Shown here: positions 39,977-49,690 of the stretch, in pieces
Layout of the letters: every line of letters begins with the position of its first letter
How positions within the stretch are numbered: the first letter of the stretch is position 1
Origin: a virus
Lineage: Duplodnaviria > Heunggongvirae > Uroviricota > Caudoviricetes
IMG/VR virus record: IMGVR_UViG_3300023210_000016
Reading direction: 5' to 3' (one strand)
Length of the DNA stretch: 64,000 nucleotides
Notes under the pieces: generated by a model
The model's input: the letters and a program-made list of their open reading frames with translations, nothing else
Databases searched by the model: none
What the model was told of the DNA's origin: nothing
Program-made: the position numbers and the translations under genes

Positions 39977-40328
39977 TTGTTAACCTTTCAATAATTAACG
40001 GGTAGTGTATCACAAAGAATACGGGGTTGTCAAGTCACCATTACAACAACAGCGTTAAAAGTTTCAACTGCTGTTCTGGCAACGTACGGACCAAATGCCG
40101 GATTAACGTAAGCTACTGTCAATCCAGCGGCGAAACCAAGTACATATTTAAGCATGTTTCCTCCGGTAATAATGATTGATGATACGCATTGACGCCTTCT
40201 CGCGGTCGGGGTACACGGTATCCTCGGCTAAAATGTAGTCGTCCCTTTTGGAGACGCCATCCAGAACTTCCAAAATCTGAACGTTGTTCTCGTTGCCATT
40301 TGGATGGACTAGCAAAAATGTACTGACT

Positions 40329-40559
40329 TTACTCATTGCACAACTCCACTTTTGACTCTCTGTTTAATTTCACAGTGATTGCTCGACCATGCCGGTATGA
40401 AATATACATAACACCATCGATACAAACGTTTCGAGCATCCCCCACTGAGGTCTTGACGTAAGTAATGGGGTCTTGTTTATATGCCCACATATGTAGACCA
40501 CCAAGTGGTATCAACACTAGAAAAAACGACACAACAGATATGATAATTTTAGTTCTCAT
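40329..40559 (-). CDS. Small membrane-anchored protein, 76 aa
   Basis: N-terminal TM helix. Confidence 0.4.
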   Translation of the reverse strand: MRTKIIISVVSFFLVLIPLGGLHMWAYKQDPITYVKTSVGDARNVCIDGVMYISYRHGRAITVKLNRESKVELCNE

Positions 40560-40571
40560 GAGTTAATCCTT

Positions 40572-41264
40572 TTAGAACTTGTCAATAACTTCCCAAGAAA
40601 CTTCATCTTTTTGGTTTGGGATCACACAAGCGATGATGTTCCATTGATATAAGTCCGTGCCTTCTCTGACGGTATGGAAGAACCAACGACACCAGCGGCC
40701 TTTGTAATCGAACGCATTGGGTTTCTTTGGGTTCGCCTGTAACCCTTCGCCAGTGTTCCGCTTCGCCTTGTCCTGATCCCCGCAGACCATTACATGATCT
40801 GATTGAACTTCTTGTGGAAATAATTCTTGAAGCAAATCAACTTTACCGTTCTTCAATGCTCTGGTACATCCGGCGTCTTCGGTTTCATCTGATTTGAAGA
40901 TACTGTCACCATAACCAGTGTTCCAATTTCCCTCGACCAATGCATCAAACTCGACAACACATTTCCTGCCGTTCTTCCATGGGAACAACGTGCGCTCCAC
41001 GTTCTTGATCGACATGATCGATCCTTCGGTGTGGGATGCAGTTACCTCTTTCAGATAACATTTAGCTGATACCGATGTTGAAAACAACACAAGTACTGCT
41101 GTGGTGATCATGAATTTATTCATCGTCGTCATCCTGTTCGTCCAACTCGATATCTGCATGGTGTAACCAAGGCACCACTTTTGTGTTATACGTCTTGGAT
41201 GTTTTAGCATGCGACCATGCTTTATCATCATATGAAATATCGCATTTACGTTCGCCGTTGCCAT
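40572..41264 (-). CDS. Secreted protein (probable true start MNKFMI at ~41123, ~184 aa)
   Basis: Signal peptide 'MNKFMITTAVLVLFSTSVSA'; Cys-rich. Confidence 0.5.
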   Translation of the reverse strand: MATANVNAIFHMMIKHGRMLKHPRRITQKWCLGYTMQISSWTNRMTTMNKFMITTAVLVLFSTSVSAKCYLKEVTASHTEGSIMSIKNVERTLFPWKNGRKCVVEFDALVEGNWNTGYGDSIFKSDETEDAGCTRALKNGKVDLLQELFPQEVQSDHVMVCGDQDKAKRNTGEGLQANPKKPNAFDYKGRWCRWFFHTVREGTDLYQWNIIACVIPNQKDEVSWEVIDKF

Positions 41265-41420
41265 TTTCCATCAGCGTGTAATAAATGATAGACGATTCTC
41301 CCGTGGGTTTCATCTCACCATCCGTAGGATTGCACCAAGTGATTTTCTGCTGAAGCGTTCGCGCAAAGCGAAATATCTTGCGCTCTTTGCGCTGATACCA
41401 CCAGTGAATTATATCATTTA

Positions 41421-41810
41421 TCATCCGCAGTGTGTCCTTATTCCCCAAATCATGCCCTTGGCCGACGAATCATATTCGCGGTGATAGATGCGTTGATTAT
41501 TGTCGTAAGTGCCGTTGATTTTCTGACCTATGATGCCCAGCAATCCAGAAGAATTGAATGCCAGAAATGATCGCTCACCCGGCGTTGACATTTGGGTTTG
41601 AAGAAATCGAATTTGTGCATCTTTGTTCGAACAATCAATTTTCATTCGGATCAGATCATTGTATGCCATACGCTGTCGGGGTGCCCCGCACCCTGCCAAC
41701 AAACTAACGACTACAATCGCCATCAATAGTTTTGTCATTTTACTTCTCCAGTAAACGTTTGACTTCTTCACTGCAAGGAACGCTAGCAAGAAGTTTTGGG
41801 CCTTGGGCAA
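41421..41810 (-). CDS. Lipoprotein (probable true start MTKLLM at ~41738)
   Basis: Lipobox 'LLAGCGAP'. Confidence 0.5.
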   Translation of the reverse strand: MPKAQNFLLAFLAVKKSNVYWRSKMTKLLMAIVVVSLLAGCGAPRQRMAYNDLIRMKIDCSNKDAQIRFLQTQMSTPGERSFLAFNSSGLLGIIGQKINGTYDNNQRIYHREYDSSAKGMIWGIRTHCG

Positions 41811-41985
41811 AGCATAATCCCGTGCGCGGGTCTTGCTGATAAATCAATTGATCCGCAGTTACACGGAAAAGACTTGCGCCGACATTATTTCGGTTCGCGT
41901 ATATGGTAATGGAAACACCCACTATCATGAGAACGGCCACAAAACCGATAGATACTAAAGCTTTCATTTTTCTTTCTTTCCGCAA
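41740..41985 (-). CDS. Small membrane/secreted protein, 81 aa
   Basis: Hydrophobic N-terminus. Confidence 0.4.
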   Translation of the reverse strand: MRKERKMKALVSIGFVAVLMIVGVSITIYANRNNVGASLFRVTADQLIYQQDPRTGLCFAQGPKLLASVPCSEEVKRLLEK

Positions 41986-42043
41986 TAGTGATTAATCCAA
42001 AATGCTGAATAGGCCAGCACGATAACGATTAACAAAATACCAA

Positions 42044-42490
42044 TCATACACCTAGTGCTTTTTTCAATGCGTCCGACGAAGCTACGTACCGCTTCATGAG
42101 TGAATCTTTGATCTTGAATGACCGGCGAGGGTCCATGTTGTGCATGTTGTCAGCCAGTTTGATTTGCATCGCCCCGACATTTCCACCAGCGATCAATGCT
42201 TCGATCCGTTCCTGATACGTCATGCCATCAGCTTTATCTTTAGTGACCGCCATGACCATCTTGATAACGTTTCCGTTGTAGCCCATCTTCTGGAGATCAG
42301 CCGCTGTATAGTGCGTGTCTTCTACAACATCGTGCAACAGTGCAGCATGCCGAACATCATCCGATACATTGGCGGGAAGATTTCCCATAACCGCAACAGG
42401 GTGTTTCCAATATGGCGCACCGGATTTATCTGTTACCCCGGCGTGGGCATCGTTCTTAATGAAGGCAAGTGTTTCTTTTAAACTGTTCAC
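42044..42490 (-). CDS. HD-domain hydrolase, RelA/SpoT-type (p)ppGpp hydrolase-like, 148 aa
   Basis: 'HPVAVMGNL...ALLHDVVEDT' matches the SpoT/Mesh1 hydrolase HD motif. Confidence 0.65.
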   Translation of the reverse strand: MNSLKETLAFIKNDAHAGVTDKSGAPYWKHPVAVMGNLPANVSDDVRHAALLHDVVEDTHYTAADLQKMGYNGNVIKMVMAVTKDKADGMTYQERIEALIAGGNVGAMQIKLADNMHNMDPRRSFKIKDSLMKRYVASSDALKKALGV

Positions 42491-42628
42491 TGAATTTCCT
42501 TTTTGTGCTTGTTCTTACGAGAATACGCGGGTTTGGGTGAGTCGTCGTGAACCTTGCCCTTGTAAGGACAATCCTTCATGAACATAAACTTATGTAGACG
42601 AGGCTTTATGGGTTTACGCGCTTTCATC

Positions 42629-42976
42629 TTACTTTCCAATTAATTCCTTGATACGATCTTGACTGTCGTATCCGATACCTGCGAGATAGCAGAAGTATCC
42701 AATGTCGGTTTTCGCTTGTTCGTCTTCATATGAGTCCATCAACCAACGGAGATATGTGCCTTGATCAACCTCGAACTCGGCGGCTTTGTTGTTTACGTTC
42801 GTCCAGAATTCATTTACCGCCTGTTTTTCGGCATCAATGGCTTCCTCGACGCGCTCGTCATAACCTTCGAAATAATTCGCGATCTCAGCGTCAGACCAAT
42901 ACCCACGGGGCCGTACTCCGATTTCAGATTTGTAGCAATCCGAGAAGTGGTCATGATCGATCAGGTGCGTATTCAT
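42629..42976 (-). CDS. Hypothetical acidic protein, 115 aa
   Basis: ORF. Confidence 0.4.
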   Translation of the reverse strand: MNTHLIDHDHFSDCYKSEIGVRPRGYWSDAEIANYFEGYDERVEEAIDAEKQAVNEFWTNVNNKAAEFEVDQGTYLRWLMDSYEDEQAKTDIGYFCYLAGIGYDSQDRIKELIGK

Positions 42977-43053
42977 TGGTTGTTTCCCTGTTTTGTTGTT
43001 AACTTAATTACTAATATACAGTACTTATTGATATTGTCAAGCTTTTTGGACTG

Positions 43054-43446
43054 TTAATCAACATCCGCGCCCATGTTCCCTAGGTATTCCCGAAATGTTT
43101 CCAGACCTTCGCGGGTTTGATACTTATTAGATAGCATGGTAATGTCGATAGTGCAGGGGCCTTTGGCCAAGGCCATGGCATCCTTTAGTCCAAGGTTAGT
43201 GAACTGTCGAATGGTCTTTACAACAGAAACTTGTTTGCCTTCGCGCCATCCGTGATACTGAATACTGGACGAGTAATTTGCCATCGTGCCGAACAAGATA
43301 TCACCAGCAACATCGTCACCCATGGCTTCGCGCATGGAATCCCATACAGCCATACCTTTTTCTTTGCCGTAATGCTTCTGGAGTTCCTGCAAGAATCGCA
43401 TGCCCTGTATAACAATACCGGACGAAGTTACTGGTTTATAAGTCAT
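43054..43446 (-). CDS. Ribosomal protein L7/L12 C-terminal-domain-like protein, 130 aa
   Basis: 'QVSVVKTIRQFTNLGLKDAMALAKG...LGNMGADVD' parallels the L7/L12 CTD '[25 protein letters not shown]...LEEAGAEVEV'. Confidence 0.45.
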   Translation of the reverse strand: MTYKPVTSSGIVIQGMRFLQELQKHYGKEKGMAVWDSMREAMGDDVAGDILFGTMANYSSSIQYHGWREGKQVSVVKTIRQFTNLGLKDAMALAKGPCTIDITMLSNKYQTREGLETFREYLGNMGADVD

Positions 43447-43737
43447 TTTTGCCCCATCCTATTAATTTGGCCCATGTTAGTTCATTGACAATCAACCGAA
43501 ATACATTAGCCGATTCGTTCCGCACATATATATTGATTACCCACATGCCATTGTTTTCGGGCCTGTGGTCTGAATATCTAAGATTTTCAATGTGACAGTC
43601 CCATGCATCTTCGCCCATCAATTGGTCCAACTTCGCAGAAACCGCAGTCCAAAATTGGGTTTCGGCGGCGAAATGGAGCCGTGGCCATTGCAATTTGAAT
43701 GTCGTGTTGTTTTCACCAACGGTGGTGTTTAGTAATT

Positions 43738-44313
43738 TCATAACCATGCACTCACTGTTTCGCGAACTTCATCATCCGTCATATCCCCGAGATCAGTTTC
43801 CTCGGGCATAGTGATTACGTAATCCCCAAGCTTGGCAAGTTTCTTACCAGCTTTGTCACCATCACATACCGCGACCTTAGTCTGCAGTAACGTCCGGAGC
43901 CAACTGGACAACATCTTGGGATCATTGGATAAGGTTGCTATCGCCGGTAATCCGAGATTATGCAAGCGACAAGCATCAAACAATCCTTCGGTCAAGAACA
44001 CAACATCATCACGATACGACAATGTTTCCAAGCCGAATGAGACTAATGTATGTTTCGGTCGGTACGTGAAGTATCGACTTTCCTTGGGATCGTTGCTTTG
44101 TTGTTTGGGAGCACCACGGCGATAGTTCTGGAAGCCGCACAATTGCCCTGCAAGATTGAAGCATATAACGGACATGACCTCTTCATCCCAACTGCAATTA
44201 TACAGATCAGGATCGAAATATCGTCCGTCTAAATGTTCTTTCATTGTTTCCATGATTTGAATTATACATGAGTTTTCGATTCTGTCAAGAAGGATATCCA
44301 AAAGGGAGTTCAT
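43738..44313 (-). CDS. Toprim-domain protein (primase-like), 191 aa
   Basis: 'VVFLTEGLFDAC' (conserved Glu) and 'VAVCDGDKAGKK' (DxD) Toprim motifs. Confidence 0.5.
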   Translation of the reverse strand: MNSLLDILLDRIENSCIIQIMETMKEHLDGRYFDPDLYNCSWDEEVMSVICFNLAGQLCGFQNYRRGAPKQQSNDPKESRYFTYRPKHTLVSFGLETLSYRDDVVFLTEGLFDACRLHNLGLPAIATLSNDPKMLSSWLRTLLQTKVAVCDGDKAGKKLAKLGDYVITMPEETDLGDMTDDEVRETVSAWL

Positions 44314-44752
44314 CTATGTAATATCGAATCGCGTTGATTTCGTCACTAGTCATGTTTCGAATCAACTCTTCAAACAAGAACGCACGTTCTCGCCATTCAT
44401 CCATTTCTTCAAGATGGTATTTGTATGATTGGATATATTGATCTTCCCAATACTTCTTGAACTGCCATGAGTCGTTTGATTTTGTACATTTCGGGCAGTC
44501 GATCACACGCCGCATTTTGTTGCCTTCAATGACATCTGGCGGATCAGTGGGATCATAAATGAGTTGACTGCCATTGCACTCGGGACATGGATATGGGTTT
44601 AGTGACTGTGTTGTGGTATTTGATCTGCCGCAGTAGCCCCACCCGCCTTTGTAACCAATGAAGTCTTCAAGTTTATCCATTGACTCCGTTGGATTTTTGT
44701 CATATTTCCAGATAGGCTTATCGTCGTCTAATATCTGTTGTAGTTTGTTCAT
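44285..44752 (-). CDS. Zinc-finger protein, 155 aa
   Basis: 'CPECNGS...CPKC' Cys pairs. Confidence 0.4.
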   Translation of the reverse strand: MNKLQQILDDDKPIWKYDKNPTESMDKLEDFIGYKGGWGYCGRSNTTTQSLNPYPCPECNGSQLIYDPTDPPDVIEGNKMRRVIDCPKCTKSNDSWQFKKYWEDQYIQSYKYHLEEMDEWRERAFLFEELIRNMTSDEINAIRYYIDELPFGYPS

Positions 44753-44994
44753 GTCATTTCCACATTAATCTAAACATTGTTGCATGTTGTTCGTCTTTGA
44801 ATTTAACTCTCAATTCCAATATGCCATATCGTTGAGGCGTAAATCCTTGACTATCCTTGTACACATTTATACAAGAACGCTTGTAATCAGCCCCATACGT
44901 TTACACAGGGCATCTGCTTTGCCTCGTTCCACCATCATCAAGGCAACAATGTTTCCAGAAACTTCCTTGGTGTGTTTAATAACTGTGCGCATTC

Positions 44995-46482
44995 TCATGT
45001 CTTGAGGCATACTTTAACTCCGTATTCTACTTCGAATTCTTGAGCATCATGCTCATCGTTAACCATCGGCATGCCGCGAATGTTCAAGGATGTATTCAAC
45101 AACATCGGACATCCAGTCGCTTGATACCATTGTTCCAACAGTTTACGTAACCCCGAATTGTCATCTTTGCCAACAGTTTGAACTCTTGAGGTACCATCTT
45201 TGTGAATAATAGCAGGGAAATCCATTGGTCGTTTGCATGGCATTGTGTATTGCATCCATGTCGATTTATGAATACCAGACGGAACATAGAAATAATCCGT
45301 CAGATGCTCTTCCAAAATCACTGGCGCAAATGGTCGGAATTGTTGTCTACGTTTGATCTCGTTTACCTTGTCCTTGATCTCTGGACCTCGGGGATCAGCC
45401 AGCAATGAACGATTGCCCAAAGCACGTGGACCATATTCGGCTCGACCATTGGCGACACCAACAATCTTGTTCCTTAGTAGTTCATCCAACAACGCTTTAA
45501 CGGGATAATCTCCCTCGATATCAGTTCCAAGGAAGGTGCTAGGTACCGTTATTTTTCCACCATGTGCCAGTGCGGCGGCACCCAATGCAGACCCAGCATC
45601 ACCCGGATTAGGCATGATGTACATACGATCAAATATCTTGGCGTTGGCCAATCGGGTGTTCAATACACAATTCAATGCGACACCGCCCATGAATACAACG
45701 TTGGTGCATCCGGATAGCTTTTTAGCGAGTGCAAACACTTCCATCATTTCTGTTTCTAAGACATATTGCACACTTGCTGCTAAATCATTTATGTCAGCTT
45801 CAGGTTTCCAATCACCAATCCCACGATGTAGATTGGCACCGAGGAAGTCATCTCTAATATCTTGTGCATATTTTGGTCCACCATATGCAGCCATGCCCAT
45901 CAAGATGTATTCTTCATCCATTGGCTTCAAACCACATCGTTCAGTGAATGCGGAATACAACAGCCCGAGCGATTTAGGGTATTTGGCTGAATACAGTTTC
46001 TTGTACAATGCTCTGCCGTTATGATATCTTGCATGCCATATAGTTGTGCAATCAAATTCACCAATAGCATCAACCACAACGACACATGCTTCATTGAAGC
46101 CAGATGTTTGGAACCCTGCGGCAGCATGCGATTTGTGATGCGTGTAATAATAGATAGGTGGATTGCTGACAGTGTTATTGATTGCTTTGAATAAGCGAAT
46201 ATGTGAACTAGGCCATACCGTTGACATATGGTTATGGAATATCTCACCTGAGAGAAGCTGTCTTGCCTTCTTAAGCAACGGTCTCTCATAGTAAGCAATC
46301 TTGTCAAAGCCACTACCACTAACCCTTAAAGCTTCTTCAAGCATCCCATCGTTGAGATATTTGTCGAATTTCTTGCCACTGTACCGCTCTGCATGTGCTG
46401 CAAACGTAACCGTATCGTCTTGTATCAATGCACAAGCAGCATCGTGATGACCGAATGATAGTCCTAGAATGTTAGTAGACAT
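44995..46482 (-). CDS. NodU/CmcH-family carbamoyltransferase, 495 aa
   Basis: N-terminal 'ILGLSFGHHDAACALIQDD...AHAERYSGKK' and overall length fit the carbamoyltransferase family. Confidence 0.8.
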   Translation of the reverse strand: MSTNILGLSFGHHDAACALIQDDTVTFAAHAERYSGKKFDKYLNDGMLEEALRVSGSGFDKIAYYERPLLKKARQLLSGEIFHNHMSTVWPSSHIRLFKAINNTVSNPPIYYYTHHKSHAAAGFQTSGFNEACVVVVDAIGEFDCTTIWHARYHNGRALYKKLYSAKYPKSLGLLYSAFTERCGLKPMDEEYILMGMAAYGGPKYAQDIRDDFLGANLHRGIGDWKPEADINDLAASVQYVLETEMMEVFALAKKLSGCTNVVFMGGVALNCVLNTRLANAKIFDRMYIMPNPGDAGSALGAAALAHGGKITVPSTFLGTDIEGDYPVKALLDELLRNKIVGVANGRAEYGPRALGNRSLLADPRGPEIKDKVNEIKRRQQFRPFAPVILEEHLTDYFYVPSGIHKSTWMQYTMPCKRPMDFPAIIHKDGTSRVQTVGKDDNSGLRKLLEQWYQATGCPMLLNTSLNIRGMPMVNDEHDAQEFEVEYGVKVCLKT

Positions 46483-46600
46483 ATGGGTCTCTTTTCTTTA
46501 GGGCACGGATTTTCAATCGATACTTGATTTCTCGGTATGGCCACGTTAGTATTCTAATTAATTGTTTCATACTGTATTATAACAAATTCTCACACTGTTG

Positions 46601-47359
46601 TCAAAAACGTTTTGGCCGTGGTTCCAAATTGTTCATTCGGTCGTCTGATTGTTTACGTGCAATGCCATTTTCGAAACCATATGCCATCAGCCCCTTGAAT
46701 TCATCAAGCAAATCGTGACACCCTTTTATATCAAGATTGTAGTTCGGCAATTCGTCTTGCAGCCATTTCAGATGCATTTCTGGAGTTGGATGTGTGTCGG
46801 GTATTTCGGCGTCCCAGCGATGATACTCTTCGTCGGCGGTGGAGTCGTAACATCGTATTTGATTACACCAATTATCTGGATACCTGTCCAATACCTTTCC
46901 AAACACATGGAGATCGGTATTGGTTTGGTATGTGAAATCTAAAAGATCATCCATGGCGCACATGTGCCATGTTGTTTTATTGTTCAGCAATTCTTGTGAA
47001 GCATGAATGAAATTGAAAGTGTGCATCACTGCTGCGTCCATGGACCAGTACTTCGTAATCCATGGATGATCAACTTCGGGATTACTAAATATGCTTCCCC
47101 ATGTTTTCCATTCGCCCTCAATTTCGTGATAAAAATCGAACCTCTGATGGCTGGACCACTCAACGATCACAACATCATCTGGTGTGAAATTATGGCGAAG
47201 ATCGGCTTCCATCAGTGAGTCGAAAATGTATCTATTTCCGGCACCCGGTTTGCCCCAATTTTCATACAAATCGAAGTCGCCATACAGTCCCAAAAAAGTA
47301 GCCCATGTGGGCCATGTGTATTTGGTGTAACTGCATCCAAAGGTAAATAATCTCTTCAT
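46601..47359 (-). CDS. Hypothetical protein, 252 aa
   Basis: ORF; Trp-rich. Confidence 0.4.
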   Translation of the reverse strand: MKRLFTFGCSYTKYTWPTWATFLGLYGDFDLYENWGKPGAGNRYIFDSLMEADLRHNFTPDDVVIVEWSSHQRFDFYHEIEGEWKTWGSIFSNPEVDHPWITKYWSMDAAVMHTFNFIHASQELLNNKTTWHMCAMDDLLDFTYQTNTDLHVFGKVLDRYPDNWCNQIRCYDSTADEEYHRWDAEIPDTHPTPEMHLKWLQDELPNYNLDIKGCHDLLDEFKGLMAYGFENGIARKQSDDRMNNLEPRPKRF

Positions 47360-47366
47360 AATGTAT

Positions 47367-47672
47367 TTATTTGTTGAAGGTCAAGCAAAACCAATGGTAC
47401 ATATCCCGATCCTTGAAGTGTATTCTGTTATTGCTCAGATAAAATTCGACATTGTTCCGTTTAAAAAATGCATACTTCTTGGTTTGAATTGCGCATATCA
47501 AATCAATATTACCACAATCTCCCATGATCTTCCATGCAAAATATTCTGGCTCACCCAAAAGACCCGGTAGTTCTCGCATCCGATTCTTACAGGTAGTGGC
47601 ATCAACCTCATTCCAATCAGAGTAAAGGTGGATTTGAGTAATAACACCGGGTTGTCTAGGATTTCTTCCCAT
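47367..47672 (-). CDS. Hypothetical protein, 101 aa
   Basis: ORF. Confidence 0.35.
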   Translation of the reverse strand: MGRNPRQPGVITQIHLYSDWNEVDATTCKNRMRELPGLLGEPEYFAWKIMGDCGNIDLICAIQTKKYAFFKRNNVEFYLSNNRIHFKDRDMYHWFCLTFNK

Positions 47673-48201
47673 GATGATCTTTCGGCTTCCATGTCTTCTT
47701 GTTCATTGCCCGTTTGAGGTCTTCGAATGATACAGGATGATAATTCCATACATCTACCCCAACGTCTAAACTCAATGCTGTCGGATCATCTGATAATGAG
47801 CCGTGAGAGTGCCCGTAAAGCTGCCATGCGCCGTAGTGAGAGCGATTCCAGACCCTCATGGCGTAGTGGAACAGAACAATGCTTTGCTTCTCTATGGTGA
47901 CCTCAAGGTACGGGTTAACTGATTCCCAGCCCATACCGGAATGATACTGAATACGGCGATCATGATTGCCAGTGATCAAATGCTTTTTACCATTCAATCG
48001 AGCCGTGAACCAACTTGCTCTCGACTGATTCGAGAACGCAAAGTCACCACAATGATAAACCGTGTCATCTGGATCAACAACACTGTTCCAATTCGAGATC
48101 AATGCCTCATTCATATCATCACGGTCCTTGAACGGACGATCACAATATTCAATCACCTTACTATGATCGAAATGTGTGTCTGATGTGAAATGTACGGTCA
48201 T
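47656..48201 (-). CDS. Calcineurin-like metallophosphoesterase (Ser/Thr phosphatase-like), 181 aa
   Basis: 'DTHFDH', 'HCGDFAF', 'GNHD' metallophosphatase motifs. Confidence 0.8.
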   Translation of the reverse strand: MTVHFTSDTHFDHSKVIEYCDRPFKDRDDMNEALISNWNSVVDPDDTVYHCGDFAFSNQSRASWFTARLNGKKHLITGNHDRRIQYHSGMGWESVNPYLEVTIEKQSIVLFHYAMRVWNRSHYGAWQLYGHSHGSLSDDPTALSLDVGVDVWNYHPVSFEDLKRAMNKKTWKPKDHHGKKS

Positions 48202-48617
48202 TCGTAAACTCTATCCCTGACTAGATGTCCTGATAAATGCAATCGAAACACAGTCGCTTCTTCGCTGTTGGTGAAATGTATTTTGATAGTGTCTGCCTTT
48301 TGTGACACATAAAACGTATTGAAGATTGTTTGCTCGAAGAACTTAACCAATGCAGGATTCTTGAGTGCGATGTACTCAACTCCCAAATCCATAAGCCTTG
48401 CGCCGTTCTCATACGTGTTGCCGGGGTTGCGTGGATTATGCTTATGGGGATTAGTCCATATACTCGGTGATTTGAATTTAACCGTGTGGACCTTTCGGAG
48501 GAACATAACAAACGATAACACCTTCGTGCAACACGGATGATCTAGAATCGTCTTCATCCAAAGATGATCATGACTGCCGCGTATCCCGCAATGGGTAGCG
48601 CACATGCCCAAATCCAT
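48198..48617 (-). CDS. Hypothetical protein, 139 aa
   Basis: ORF. Confidence 0.35.
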   Translation of the reverse strand: MDLGMCATHCGIRGSHDHLWMKTILDHPCCTKVLSFVMFLRKVHTVKFKSPSIWTNPHKHNPRNPGNTYENGARLMDLGVEYIALKNPALVKFFEQTIFNTFYVSQKADTIKIHFTNSEEATVFRLHLSGHLVRDRVYE

Positions 48618-48946
48618 GACTTGTATTCATTGAGTGCTCGTTTAATCTTGTACATGTTCATGATATTTTCCTTCTTGTATATCACACCTGAAATCATCCA
48701 TCTTCTTCATTCGAGTCTGCATCGCGTTATCTATATTGTATTGAGGATCAGCGTTGTTCAACTCATGCATTGCGTCAAGTTGATCGAATGTAGATTGACA
48801 AATTTGATCATTGAAGGTAGACCATGCGAACCATATCGTCCCAAAGAAGATAACAGGCCAGACAATCATCATAGCCCATTCCAATCGACCGATAGGTCTC
48901 CGTATGGTACCTACCTCGGCAACAAGTTCCGGAGCGTCAAGCATAA

Positions 48947-49633
48947 TTATTTCCTCTTCAAGATAGCCATAGTTCCCAAACCATCGTTTATGCGAATGCA
49001 ATCTTTTGCATTAACAGTCATCGTTGCGCCCGAACCTTTGGCAGTTTTCTTTGCACCGGCTGTAACAACCTTAACCACAATCAATGTATCACGCATTTCG
49101 ACAACCAAACACAGTTTATGACCGACATCTTTCAGGTACACGTAATCACCTTTGCTGATCAAGTTGTCAACAAAATCTGGAAGTTGATTGCCAGACCGAT
49201 CCGGAACCGTGTCAACAATCACCGAATCCTCGTTCAGAACTAATGCAAGGCCAGCCTGATTTACGTTCAGGTTTTTACGAGTCATCTTTGCCGCACCGTC
49301 ATGCATCATTCGTTTGGTATCAGCAAGTTCAGTGGTTTTGATTTTATCATAAGTTTCGCCGTACTTCCCCGAACGCGGGATGTATACGAACTGATCCTTT
49401 TTAGCATCCAAGTTAGTTTGAATATCACGCATCCATTGTGGGAAGTTCCGCTTCAATGGAAGGCGTTGAACAGACTTTTTACGTGGCTTTGTCTTTGGTG
49501 GATCAAGTATGATTCTGCCGCCGTATTGAATGGATGCTCTCCACATGTATTCCCGTTCCGACCCGGCCTTGTTGTGGTTTACTCGGTCGATCTTTTTAAG
49601 TAGTTCGTCTATTTCGTTGCTGATAGTGGCCAT
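48947..49633 (-). CDS. Hypothetical protein, 228 aa, behind a consensus promoter
   Basis: ORF downstream of TTGACA-N16-TATAAT. Confidence 0.5.
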   Translation of the reverse strand: MATISNEIDELLKKIDRVNHNKAGSEREYMWRASIQYGGRIILDPPKTKPRKKSVQRLPLKRNFPQWMRDIQTNLDAKKDQFVYIPRSGKYGETYDKIKTTELADTKRMMHDGAAKMTRKNLNVNQAGLALVLNEDSVIVDTVPDRSGNQLPDFVDNLISKGDYVYLKDVGHKLCLVVEMRDTLIVVKVVTAGAKKTAKGSGATMTVNAKDCIRINDGLGTMAILKRK

Positions 49634-49662
49634 AGTTCTTCTTTCATAGTTACATTTCGACC

Positions 49663-49690
49663 ATTATACAGGAACCATCGATGATGTCAA
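49663..49690 (-). promoter_or_regulatory. sigma70 consensus promoter TTGACA-N16-TATAAT (minus strand)
   Basis: tgtcaa at 49685..49690 and attata at 49663..49668. Confidence 0.6.
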
